From the NCBI RefSeq assembly GCF_004010195.1, contig NC_057728.1, positions 27,968,108 through 28,032,107 of the forward strand: a stretch of 64,000 bases of DNA, written 5' to 3'. The notes under the pieces were generated by a model. The model ran no database searches. It saw only the letters and a program-made list of their open reading frames with translations, and had not been told where the DNA came from. A program made the translations under genes and the position numbers. Shown here piece by piece: positions 37,738 through 50,229 of this stretch; within the stretch, counting starts at the first letter, position 1, and the number at the start of each line of letters is the position of its first letter. The stretch comes from Chiloscyllium plagiosum. Its lineage: Eukaryota.

Positions 37738-38087
37738 CTTAAAACATGGAATGCAATTTGTAATTAAGAGCTCACGATCACATTCATGGAAACCCAACTG
37801 GCATTTATACAATTAGTCCTTAAGTAGTGCAGAACTTGAATATTGCTGAAAAAAGGAGACAAGGGGTTTTCCACATGAATTGATGTTCTTATGAATTATC
37901 TTGATGAGCACAAGAAAAATGTATTTTTTCCAGCAATTTAAGAATTACTCCTTAAATTTTGTAAAACTTTTATAAACATGCTGAGATTTTGCAGTTAAAC
38001 AGAACCAAAATGCTGGGATGCTGCCATCTGTTAGATCTTCAAAGAGACTTACGTTAGAAGGCAATTTCAGAATGTTTTTTTACTTAC

Positions 38088-38216
38088 ATGCCACATAAGA
38101 TACTTCCGTCTCCAGAGTTTCAATATCCGCTACACTGATGTAGAAGTAAGGCTTGGTTTCAGGCACTCCTCTGATCCCAGGCAGCGAAACATTGGCCAGA
38201 CAGCAACAACAGTAAA
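38088..38216 (-). CDS. DENND11: DENND11 coding exon 6
   Basis: TAG|TT...T|GTAAGT; (V)[42 protein letters not shown]. Confidence 0.94.
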
Positions 38217-38239
38217 CTAGAATTGAAAAAAATGGGGGA

Positions 38240-38260
38240 AGAGAGAGAGAGAGAGAGAGA
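38240..38260. repeat. (GA)n microsatellite acting as a (TC)n pyrimidine tract upstream of the exon 6 acceptor
   Basis: About 10 GA units, 20-45 nt from the 3' splice site. Confidence 0.8.
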
Positions 38261-38546
38261 TAATGAATGTAGTGATGTGCTGAGTAGGGTGAGAGAGGGC
38301 TAGATTTCTTACCTGGATAACAAAAGGGTCAGTGGAATGTGGAGATTCAACTAACAAAGAAAGATGGAAATTAACTTCAAAATCCTTACCAGTGTTAGAT
38401 TGATATGATCACACAAGATCTAACCGTTCTTGTCTAAGTAACTTCAAGTCAAATTTAGCTACTGCATTGATAATCAAGATCAAGGAATAACCCATTTTGG
38501 TTCTCTGCAATATTGCATACGTTACTTACCTTCAGAAGCAAAAGCA

Positions 38547-38850
38547 TTAGATTCCCTACGGTATGGAAACAGACCTTTCGGCCCAACAAGTCTACACCAA
38601 CCTTCCAAACAGTAACCCACCTAGACTCACTCCCCTACCCTACATTTACCCCTGACTAATGAACCTAATACTACGGGCAATTTAGCATGGCCAATTCACC
38701 TGACCTGCACATTTTTGGACTGTGGGAGGAAACCGGAGCATCCGGAAGAAACCCATGCTGACACGGAGAATGTGCAAACTCCACACAGACAGTCGCCCGA
38801 GGTGGGAATCGAACCCAGGTCCCTGGCACTGTGAGGTAGCGGTGCCGCCC
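38547..38850 (-). mobile_element. HE1 (V-SINE) shark SINE, internally deleted near the 5' end
   Basis: Minus: GGGCGGCACC...CCTCACAGTGCCAGGGACCTGGGTTCGATTCCC (B box), then the V-domain TGTGTGGAGTTTGCACATTCTCC...GCTCCGGTTTCCTCCCACAGTCCAAA. Confidence 0.85.
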
Positions 38851-39149
38851 CAAATTATACTTTATGTGTTTAATCAAGCAAAAATAAAATAAAAATGATG
38901 ACTCATCTTGTTTCTAATCAGGAATAGTGCTAGCTATGTAACTTATCATTTTTTCAGGTTACTGCTGCACAGCTTGAGCTGGAACCTTACAAAATGTTTC
39001 ATGCCAATAACTGGAATTATGAAACTATGGAGCCAACAGTCACTATTGCAAATGACAGAATGGTCTGTGCTTCATATTCTCATTTTTAGCGTTACATGAA
39101 CTTTAAATTGCGAGCTGCATTAAAAACTGAATTCAATCAAAGCACGCAC

Positions 39150-39288
39150 CTCTGTAGCAGACCACTCCAACGGGAGGGGGAGAGAAAATTAAAATCCGTT
39201 TCCTTAAAAGTGCAAATTTCCAAAGAACCATTATCTGTTCCCCAAAAAACTTGATGAACTGTGACATGCACCCTGCAGGATGTGTGAT
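39150..39288 (-). CDS. DENND11: DENND11 coding exon 5
   Basis: CAG|ATC...G|GTGCGT; [46 protein letters not shown]. Confidence 0.95.
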
Positions 39289-40194
39289 CTGTTTCCAAGA
39301 CAAGAATTTTAGCAACATTTCAATAATACTATTTGCTAGTTAATTGACTGAATAAGGATTCTGGCAGCAAATTCTCAAATAATGACAAATCCAAACAGAG
39401 ACACATATCATGTATGTTTTAAATAATAATGGTGTTTTTAGGACAAGGACTAGGTTATTGCAAATAAAATTCAAGATAACGCTGATCTTGGGTATACTAA
39501 ATATTTGAGAAGATATTAATATTAATTATTCAAACACAATGAAAGGTGGAGCAATAAAAGTGAAATTAGCCCTTCCTGGGCAGAACCCATGTTTTCTCAT
39601 AACGGTTGGCCAAACCTGGACTCTAATAAGTTGACTGATCACAGACAACATGACAAAGTCAAACAATGGCACTTACTTTTCATAATGGATGGACATAAAT
39701 ATAAAAAGAAGCAGGATTGTGAGATGTAAAGTAACATTTAAATCTTATTCCTAATTGAGTCTATATCAATTCTATACTTTGATTTATCAATGTAGCATTT
39801 ATTCATTCTAGTTTATTCATGTTCAGTGGATTATCTAGAGTCACTTCTGCCAAACCTATTAAAAACACAGCGTGCTGCACTAGTGAAGGAAATTCATAAA
39901 AATAACTTTCTCGTGCTTCCCTTTACGTTATAGGGTATACGTTTAGCTAGCCAAGTCCATTGTCTGGATCACTTTGCTTTTCAAACTCTCTTGTTAAGAC
40001 ATTTCTTAAACCCAACCATTCAATCAAGTTCTAATCACTTCACTATCAAACTAGTTTTGGATTTTTCAGTGAAGTAATGAACTAAATAAGAGTAGTGCAG
40101 GTTGGTCATTAACTAAAATGTTGCTTTCAAATTACACTCCAAATGTACTCCATAGAGAAATAAATTCTGCTCTTGTACAACTTGTTATGCAGGT

Positions 40195-40513
40195 TTAGAT
40201 TAGATTACTTACAGTGTGGAAATAGGCCCTTCAGCACAACAAGTCCACACCGACCCTCCGAAGAGCAACCCACCCAGACCCATTACCCTACATTTATCCT
40301 TCACTTAACACTACAGGCAATTTAGCTTGGCCAATTCACCTAACCTGCACATTTTTTGGACTGTGGGAGGAAACCGGAGCACCCGGAGGAAACCCACGCA
40401 GACACGGGGAGAATGTGCAAACTCCATACAGACAGTTGCCTGAGGCAGGAATTGAACCCGGGCCTCTGGCACTGTGAGGCAGCAGTGCTAACCACCGTGC
40501 CATCGTGCCGCCC
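40195..40513 (-). mobile_element. HE1 (V-SINE) shark SINE, near full length
   Basis: Minus: GGGCGGCACGATGGCACGGTGGTTAGCACTGCTGCCTCACAG (A box), GGGTTCAATTCC (B box), V-domain, and a CR1-like 3' end with an (AATCT)n tail. Confidence 0.9.
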
Positions 40514-40518
40514 AAAAG

Positions 40519-40707
40519 GCTTTTGTCTCTAGGTCAAAGTGAAGTGGATGCATGTTGAATGCCTTTGCTCTCAGCACAATTTGTAATGGTCAAATTTTGA
40601 TTGTTTTGTTCCATTTGCCAATAGTCTTGAGTCCATCCAATTAAACTGCTCATTTAGCTAACTTGTGGACCTAACCTTGAGATTCATTCCAGATAATAAG
40701 CATTCAA
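40519..40707. repeat. Local direct repeat, copy 1 (~190 bp)
   Basis: GCTTTTGTCTCTAGGTCAA...GATTCATTCCAGATAATAAGCATTCAA aligns with few mismatches to 41596-41953. Confidence 0.9.
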
Positions 40708-41118
40708 AAGAAAAAAAAGCTTTGGATTCTTTTCCCCCTAATGATGTGGACACCTGAAGCTATATTTCCCAGTCGATTCAAAATTCCAAGTTATTACATT
40801 CATTTTAATCTGCTCAAAACTTTCATTTTTCGAAAATGTTAGTGGAGAATGTACATTCCCACTTGTTTTGCACACTATAAACTGAAGCTTTTAACATCTA
40901 AACCTAATACAAAAAGCATTATTGGAATTGCTTAAAACAAAGCCAAAAGAACTTAATTTTCAAGTGATTATGAAATTCAACTTGTGCCAAATTAGCAGAG
41001 TTCAGATGACAGTGGTATCGCATGTAGTAATTACCATATTATTTGGGTTTGCAAATCCCTTTGAACAACTATATGCCTTTCATACACCAAATGCTTTAAA
41101 TAGTTGTGTTATTTTTAC

Positions 41119-41281
41119 CTTCATCTCTGGATACATGTACTTATTAACAGGTGGCAACCAGTGAAGGGGCTGAAGGGATGTAGGAATTCCTTTGCTGCTC
41201 ATCGCTGTTGGTAAAACACCTTTCTTGTCTTCATAAAAGGCTTCTAATTGTGCATAATGCCCAGGGATTTCAAGCTGATGC
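41119..41281 (-). CDS. DENND11: DENND11 coding exon 4
   Basis: CAG|G...AAG|GTAAAA; [24 protein letters not shown]...[14 protein letters not shown]. Confidence 0.94.
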
Positions 41282-41595
41282 CTGTAAAAATATACAATGT
41301 ATTCTGAACTATTTGGGGATTTTGTAACTTTGAGAATTTCAGTTCAATATCTTTACTGTGTGGAGGGGTTTTTAAAATATTGCCTATCTTTAGAACAAAA
41401 ATTGACACTCAATTTATTTAACACAGTTCTATGTCATCTGGACAGACCATGTTTGTTAAGCTTACAGGGAAGGGTGGGGAGTACAACAATCCTTTCTTAG
41501 ATATTGCTTTCAGATGTTGGTTGTACTTATGTCAGTCAATAATCCAATAATTGTACTAAACTAAATCACAGCAATTCATTCAATGGTTATCCAAA

Positions 41596-41953
41596 GCTTT
41601 TGTCTCTAGGTCAATGTGAAGTGGATGCATATTGAATGCCTTTTCTCTCAGCACAATGTGTAATGGCGAGTTGAGGTTCTGCATGTAGGTTTGCTCGCTG
41701 AGCTGGAAGGCTCATTTCCAGATGTTTCGTCACCCTTCTACGTAACATCTTCAGTGGGTCTCCAGGCGAAGCACTGTTGATAATTCCTGCTTTCTATTTA
41801 GCGAGCAAACATATTTCCAGAGCAATTTGTAATGGCCAAATTTTGATTGTTTTATTCCATTTGCCAATAGTCTTGAGTCCATCCAAGAAAACTGCTCATT
41901 TAGCTAACTTGTGCACCTAACCTGGAGATTCATTCCAGATAATAAGCATTCAA
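41596..41953. repeat. Local direct repeat, copy 2, interrupted by a 155-bp Penelope-like insert (41668-41822)
   Basis: The insert is flanked by a 14-bp duplication CAAT[G/T]TGTAATGGC (41654-41667 and 41823-41836) and resembles the reverse complement of the element end at ~60670-60745. Confidence 0.85.
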
Positions 41954-43300
41954 TACAGCAAGAGGAATGAGATAGACTAGGGCGAAGTGAATGCCAACAT
42001 GCCCCTTTTCTGTGATCTGCAGAATCAATAATATATTGTAAGTATAGACCAATGGGTATGCTATGTGCATAGTTTAATGCAATTTTTCTCCAAATCCAAA
42101 GAAGTGCAGAAAGAAAGAAATATTTAAAAAAGACAAATTTAGATGCTTGGTGCACAGACCGTTAAATTCCAAAGACCCCAGTACATCTGGTGGCATTACA
42201 GTGCTAAAGGGAACAGATGAATCTCCAGTTCAGTAAGAATTAACAAATAGTACACAAAATGCAATATATCACATTGTGTATCTCACAGCGGCTGTCTTAG
42301 TTCAATAAAATCTAGATTGTAAGCTACTGATACTGAGGAAACTTCCAGGCTTGAATGTTGCTCTATGTAGAGTTATTTAGAGGGTAAGGAGGCAGGGAAA
42401 ATTAAGATAGCAATTATTTTTTTTTCTCAGTAAGCAATGTGAGAAAAAGCTTAGTTAAGTCCAAGAGGAAGTGTGATATCTTCAAAAATGAATTTCAGCC
42501 ATTACTATACTAGTGGTGGACTCATGTAAGGTATAGCAAGCTGCTGGAAGGGTATCCACGTTTATAAAATTAGATTCAAATGACTGCAAAATCAAATTGA
42601 TTGTTGATGAATTACACAGATGATACATCAGTATTAGAAAATAAACATAAAATAGGTTGCACTTTTGAGTTTATATACTTCAGATCTGAAAATGAGTTTC
42701 AATTGGAAACTTGACTAAAAGCATGTTTTATTTAAACATGGAAACAAATCAAAAAATACAAAGGAATAAAACATAAATGAGAATGAATCAAATTAAATAG
42801 ACAGATTTTTGTAATTCTCATGGAGGTGCGAAACTGGTGGGTGAGAATGTATTAAATCAAAAGATTTTTAAATAATGAATCAGTAAAAAAGTACAAGAAA
42901 GTTCATCAAAACATTTCAAGAACAAGCAAATGTGTCAGTACCAACAGAAGTCAGTATTATGAGGGAAATAAATTAAATAGGCAGCAATCTATTAATTATC
43001 ACTTTTTACACTTAGCTGAGAATTGAGGCAAAAGGTTTTCTTAGTAACAAATCAGTAAAACAAGTCTATTTAAGTCTACATCAGGAAACATTCAGTTAGC
43101 AGCACAGAGTTCATGTCGTTTATTAGTAACAGAATAATGTAGGTACAAGTTAGTGAAAGGACCTTTAAGTCTGCTTGGAGAAAAATACCTATTTAGTCTA
43201 CAACTGTATGAGTTGCAAACATTTTTCGATCTGTGAATGCTTACACCATTCACATGAAATGATTCATCACATTAAGGGCTACTAACACAAGAGCCCTCAC

Positions 43301-43459
43301 CTGACCTGATTCTCCAGGAAATGCATGTATCTGTATAGGAGTGTATACGATGGGGACAGTATTCCAACAGATTTCATTCGAGCGCCTCGTTCCAGTTCAC
43401 TCTCCACAGGCATGTTGGCAAAGCATGCCATACCAAAGTAGTTACCTTTTCGAAAGTAG
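43301..43459 (-). CDS. DENND11: DENND11 coding exon 3
   Basis: CAG|C...AG|GTGAGG; [52 protein letters not shown](R). Confidence 0.96.
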
Positions 43460-44359
43460 CTGAAAGCACAAAGGACAGCTATCTGATCAGGAATAGATAT
43501 TAAATTTAATTGACCAATTGTTTACTTAAATTCAATCTTCTGAGATAAAGGTTTTAAAAAAAAACTTATTAGCAAAATACAGATGAAATTTCCCAAGACT
43601 TAAGGCTTACCTGATACACTATTAGCATCAAGGTGCTTAAGTCAAAGACTGACGGTTTTGTAACACATTTTGAAGCTAGAAGCACAAGACATGATGGCAG
43701 CAAACGCCCTCTACTGGTTGAAGTCCAAACAACACACATAGATTGATCATACTGAATAGCAGAACAGGCTTGGTGGGTTGAATTACCCCATCCTATTCCT
43801 AGCTCTCTAGGATGTGTTAATATCAAAAAACAGAAAAGATAGGTTGACTTTTTGGATTTAAATATTTTGTCATACCTGAAAACTGGAAATATATAGGCTA
43901 TTAAAAACAAACAACACAGAAAAATAATGAGTGAATCAGATGAATTAGACAATTTATCTATTTAAAAATAGATGCTGATGAGCTGAAAGCTAAAGTTAAG
44001 AAAGAGGCATAAGTTCAACACTTTCAAGAAGGCGAACCATTTTTCTAACAATCATTCAATGGTTACAGCATAGAAGGATGTAGCAATTTAGACAGTTATG
44101 GCTGCACCTGTTTTTAACAAGAGCAATTCAGTTACTGTCATGCACCCACTCTTTCCTCTAAACTCTGCAAATTAATTTTACCTTTAGATGCTCACCCAAT
44201 TTTCTTTTGAAAGTCCTAAATAAACTGCTTTGAGGTAGTGCTTTCATGATTTGAACTAAAAAAAAAATATTGTTTTTTTAATACTGATGTGTCAAAAAAA
44301 AAGGGTTTGAAATAGATGCCCATTTTGAGTTGGTTGTAAGACTCCCAAAATTACCTTGG

Positions 44360-45015
44360 CTACACCTCCTCCCACCCCTCTCCTGCAAAAACATGAGCCC
44401 TGATTCCCAATTCCTCCGACTCCACTGTATCTGCTCCCAGGAGGGACAATTCCACTCCAGGACATCCCAGAGACTGAATGCCAACAGGTGGAGCAGTTGA
44501 GGGAACATCTCTGATCCACATGAACCAAACAGCCCCACTGCCGTGTGGCCAACCACTTTAACTCCGCCAAGGATATGCACATCATGGGCCACCTCCAATG
44601 CCAAGTCAAAGTCATCCACCGACTGGAGGAAGAACATGTCATCTTGTACCTTGGGATCCTACAACCACACCGCATCAACACTGACTTCACTTGTTTCCAA
44701 ATCTCCCCACACCCCTCATCCCAGATCCAACCCTCCAACTCTGCATCCCTGTCTTAAACCTGACCTACCTGTCTATCTTCCATCCCACCTGTCCATTCCA
44801 CCCTCCCCATTGACCTGTCACAATCACCTCCCACCTACCTTCCCCCAGCCCCCTATTTATCTCTCAGCCCTCTTCCCCTCCCCATTCCTGGTGAAGGAAT
44901 TATGCCCAAAATGTCAATTCTCCTGCTCCTCGGATGCTATCTAACCTGCAATGTTTTCCCAGTGCCACACGTTTTGAATCTGACTCTCCAGCATCTTCAG
45001 TCCTCACTTGCTCCT
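44360..45015 (+). mobile_element. Penelope-like retroelement fragment
   Basis: QFLRLHCICSQE remnant and VANHFNSAKDMHIMGHLQCQ...RLEEEHVILYLGILQPHRINTDF (GIY-YIG tail); same family as 1072-1590. Confidence 0.7.
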
Positions 45016-45655
45016 TTGTATTCTATGGCTCTATTTGTGAAGCCCAAGATCTCTTATGCTTTCTAAGTGGTTTTGTCAACATGTTCTAGAACTGTCAATG
45101 AATTATGTGAAGATACCTGAAGACCTCTGTTCTGGCACCCAATCAGTATTGCACTTTACTTCCTCTCATCATTGTTCCTACTAAATATGTATCCAAGTTA
45201 TGTGCATCTGCAAACATTCAAATTGTTCCCCATACACCCAAGTTTGAGTTATTAACATTTAACAAAAAAAAGCAAGAACTGACCTCTGGGAAAACCCATT
45301 GCATATCTTCTTAAGCTGGCATTCAGCCACTAAGCAGTCTTATTTCCTTACATTTAACTTTCTATCCATGAAGCCATTGTTCCTTTAATTCCATGAACTT
45401 CAACATTGTTAACAAAAACTTATTATGTCACAAATCATTGCTGTACCTGGCTTGCTCAGTCTCAGGGCTCTCACCCCTTCTGCCCCCTTACTTCGCAGAA
45501 ATGTGTTCTCTCACTCACTCCCACCAAGCACAAGTTTTCTACCCTATAGCGTTGGACTTATTCTTAAACTTTTTTTTGGAAAAAGGATGGAACATTTGGA
45601 ATTATCCACATTCTTGCATGACCCCTGTGTTGAAGTAACATTAGAAGCCCCTCTG

Positions 45656-45784
45656 TGATTTCCATCCTTAATTCCCTCAACAGCCTTGAATGCACTGCAT
45701 CCTCTACTTCTGACATCCTGCATCCTCTACTTCTGATTTCCATCCTTAATTCCCTCAACAGCCTTGAATGCACTGCATCCTCTA
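45656..45784. repeat. Short tandem duplication (78-bp period) with an internal ~20-bp repeat
   Basis: TGATTTCCATCCTTAATTCCCTCAACAGCCTTGAATGCACTGCATCCTCTA occurs at 45656 and 45734; CTGCATCCTCTA is repeated in the spacer. Confidence 0.9.
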
Positions 45785-48700
45785 ATGCCTCTATCTATAT
45801 TACTTTCAAAGTGGCATTTTTGAAATTCTAACCTACTAAACTGAAGTTATAACTATCATTTCCTTCTATCTTAACAACAGTGGTTAGACTAGATTTTCAC
45901 AGCTGTTTTGCTTCGAATCTCATATAGTTTACTTCTACAAAAAAGGCCTCGTCTCTCATGACCCACAATATGTCTTGCTTGCGCAACACAATTTGTAGCC
46001 AGGGCATAGATCTGAGATGAATAAGAAACCTCTGGCTATGTTCTTTCAGTTATTGGTCAGTAATCATTTGTCCTCAAATGTTTTCTCCACTTCTGATAAG
46101 GGAGCAGATTAACATTTTACCAGAATCATGTCTCAAGCTACAAACCGACAAAGATTAAAGAGTGAATAGATAAGTGAACAGAAGCAGTGACATGGTGTAT
46201 ATTTTCAAAGCTAACCTCAACTCCCAGAGAAGCAAAAACACCAATAAATTCTGAAACTGTGATGTAAATTAGATAAGGTGCAGGTCTTAAATCATGATGA
46301 TATTAGTCTATTTCTATGTGAGGACTCTGGCTGCACCTATAGAATGATCAAAAGTAGGACAATACTATATGATAGACAGATGCTTCAGTTTTGTCACACT
46401 GACATGAGTGCTAATCATGAATGACAAATCATAGACAGAGGCCATTTGGCCAACTGCACCAATGACAGTGCTATACTAGATGCATCTAAGTAGTCCTACA
46501 TCCATGTTCTCTCTCAGCCCTGAATGTATTTTCCCTCTATTTCAAGTAGTTTTCAATCACCTTTTGAATGTTACAGCTGAATCTGCCTCACCAACCAGTT
46601 TTGGTAATGGTCCAAAATGCAACCCAATGCTCTAAGAGGATGTTCCACTATTTCATATACAGTTTATTTGCCAGAATGTTATCCATTGGTTACTGACACT
46701 TCTGCTCCTGGAATTAGTTTCTTGCTTACTTTTAAAAATATTTTGTTTCGCTTCTATCATATCACCTTTTAAGCTTCACTGCTTTAAGTAGAACCACCCC
46801 AGTTTTGTGCGCTTTCCACATTACCTGAAGTCTTTCAACCCTGGTAACATTCTAGTAAATCCCTTCTGGACTCTGCCAAGGCTTTGACATTGCAGTAAAA
46901 TTAGCCTTAACAAATCTAAAATTTTAGTAGCTGTTACACTTCTTTAGTTCAAACTCAACACTGAATTTAATCATCAAATGATTATTATTCCTTAGTGTTT
47001 TATTACTTATCAAGTCCAGCTCTTAACTGGTGTCATGATTCATATTGAGCTAGTAGTCCAACTGAGGTCCAGTCATACAAGTTTAGTTTCACTTGTTTTT
47101 GTACCATTAATAAAGCAAACAATCTCATATGCTTTTGAACTTCCTTTCAATTAGCCCTGCCACATCCAAAGCTTTTTTTTTGTACATGCATCCTCCAATT
47201 CAAATTTAGGAGTCATCATCTATTTTAGTAGGAAACTCATCAAAACAACTGAGAGGAATAAAATATATCTAGTAAACATTTTTAGCTACATTCTCAAAGT
47301 ATACATACTCTACCACTACCCAACTTTATGACGACAAGCTGTGGTATCTAATTTTAACTTTATGGAAAAACCTGCTTTTTTAATCTACCCTATTATATAC
47401 TTTGTTTCTTTCTGATAAGCTCTTTGCTTATTTAATTAAATATGAATTGTCACGGTCATTGCCACAAGTCAGTCAATTGTAGATTGTGAAGAATCAAACT
47501 TGAATGAAGAAGCCAACATTGTCTTCAAGTACCCTCCAGAGTAAAGCATCTTTTATATCACCATTTTGTTGTGGCTCAAATGCAAAGCTAACAATGCTTA
47601 AAATTACACAAATCAGTGTGATCAGAAAAAAAATTATGCAAGTAGCAGCAGTTCCTTCTCCACAAACTCCTCATTCCAGCCTAATTACTTTCACCTGACT
47701 GCTCCCTGTGGCTGAACATAATGTTGTGCATTTGACTTCCAGCCTGGCTGCAAATAACCCTGATTACTAGACTTAGTTATGAATAATTACTTTAATAATT
47801 TAACAATAAAGGAACATTTATCAAACTGTGGTCATTGCGTGATCAAATTCAATGTTAGTTTTGAAAAAGCGACGTAACAGCTATTAAGATTCAAGGTTTG
47901 TTAAGGACAACTTTAATGGAATTAAACAGAGGCTGATGACATCAACTGGGTCAAACTCCTAATGGATAAAATCACAGACGAACAGAGAGAGGCATACAAG
48001 TAAATTTTAATTTAATTCAGGATCGATATATTCTCAAGAGACAAGAGCTCTTCTTACAAAGTTAAAGGATGGATGTTTAGACACAGGAGACAACAAAACT
48101 AGAAGGCACTGGTAGAAATATAAAAGGTACAAAACAAAGCTGCAGAAAGGAATACACAAAAATTTATTAGAGCTAGGAATTAACAAAATAATGCTAGCAT
48201 TAATAAATAATATTTTAAGAAAAGGGTCAGTCAAGGGCAATGTATGTCCTTTAAATCAAAACGTGGATGACATTGCAAATTAAAATAACAACATGGCAGA
48301 CTTGGTGATAACCCTAGTTTGTGTCAGGTTTCACAGCATTTGAAAAATTCTAGGACTAAAAGGACTTCATTTCCACGGCATGGTTTTAAAGGAAGGTGAT
48401 GAAAAGATGCTTTAGCTATAATATTTCAAAGTGTCTTCAATTCAGAAATTACTCCCTCAGATTGGAAAACTGCATTATTTAAGAATGATGAACAAAACAG
48501 TCTAACATTAGCCATTTTAAAGCTGTCATAATCTTTAATGAAAGACAGAACAACTGAGCACTTGGGAGAAATTCGAGCTGATTATAGTGATTGCACATGG
48601 GTTTCTAAAGGGTATATCATAGCCCAATTGATTTTTGTTTATAAAAAAAAAGAGTGGCTAGAGTAGGACTGAAGAATGCCTATGGACAACATTCATTTAT

Positions 48701-48939
48701 GTGGATGCCATAAAATTAAAATTAACCAAAAACAAGTAGTCAGCAGGTCAGGGAGCATCAGGGAGAGAAACATGCAATGATTCAAGTTGATGATCTTTCA
48801 TCAACACCAGTGTGTATGGATGGAAAACATTTCCAGAAGACATTCAGCAGGGGTAGGGTTGCAATTTGGAGACTGTTCAATAGAAGAAACATTGATGGAA
48901 CTTAAGGCAAATATTGGCTAGGTTAGAGAATAGAAAAAC

Positions 48940-49730
48940 ACAGATAATTGATGGAGAAACACAGGAGTCTGGCAGCATCAAAGGAGAAAATAAACAGTTA
49001 ATATTTTGAGTGCACTGACCATTCTTCAGAACAGACATCAACTAGGAAAGGCATTTATGCTAATGATTTAGGAGGGGATGGTGGGCAGAGAGAGAGAGAG
49101 GATTGATGGAGACAGAGGTCCTAAAAAAAAGGACAAAAAAAGGCAGACAAAGGGATTGCTGACAGTAAACCAAGGGAGAGAAGCTAGTTAACTGATAATG
49201 GGAACTATAAGTGGTGAAAATGGATTGGCAGCGCTGAATGGGTGTTGGGGAAAGTAAATGATATAAAAGGGTGTATTCAGATGTAAATGCAAAATGAGGT
49301 CCTTAATGATGTAATGTCCCCGAATAGATAAAGTCTTGTCCTTTCATCTCGTTGAGGCTCAGTAGAGCACTACAGCAGGCCTGGGAAAGAAATGGTGACG
49401 GTGGTACGGTGAAGGGGCAGGTAACTGGAAGCTCGGGGTTATTTTTACAAATAGCACGTGGTTATTCCTCAAAGTATCTGTGTTTTGTTTCCCTGGTGTG
49501 GAGGAGACTGCATTGTAAGCAGCAAATACACTTCTTGTGGCGGCTACACTCTCTTTGCAGTCCCCTCCACGCTAGGTTTCACCTTTCTCCCCTACCTCCT
49601 CATCACCTTTTCCTAGCTGCTATCAATTGTGAAGAAGGATCACTTGACTCAAAACATTAACTGTTTCCTCTCCACAGGTGAATTTCTCCAGCAATTTCTG
49701 TTTGTGTTTCAGGTCTTCCAGCTTCCACGG
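48940..49730. mobile_element. Decayed Penelope-like fragments
   Basis: Terminal blocks TCTGGCAGCATC...GTTAATATTTTGAG...TTCTTCAGAAC and, inverted, GAAGAAGGATCACTTGACTCAAAACATTAAC...TTTCTCCAGCAATTTCTG. Confidence 0.45.
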
Positions 49731-50229
49731 TTTTTTTTTAAGGATAATTTACAAATGAATCAGAAGGAAGCAACTAGTGGTTATGGCTCTAAATAGGAAG
49801 ATTTAGTAGATGGTTCAAGAACTTAAAACTAATTAGCTCAAGACAAGGATCAAAGGCTCAGTTGCTACTTTCACTGGGAGTTTTTCTTATATAGTGCACC
49901 AAAAAATAGGTAAGAGGTGGAGTCTGAAATTTGTTGGCAGAATTTCAAGCCATTTATTTAATTAAGTAGAAATATTAGGATATACTACTCCAATCTAGAC
50001 TAGAAAAAAATAATACAAATGCTAAAAAGGGGAGAGTAATTTGTTATCTGTACAACAAGAAAGGAAGCAATGCTGATTACGATTCTGAGAAATGAAATAG
50101 GGAAAGTAGAATACAATGTAACAGAAATAATTCAGCTAATGTGATCACAGCGCAAGTCAGCTTATATTAATTACAGAAAAAGAACAGTTAACATGCAGTG
50201 GTAAAGATGAGGAATATGTTAGCAGGGAC

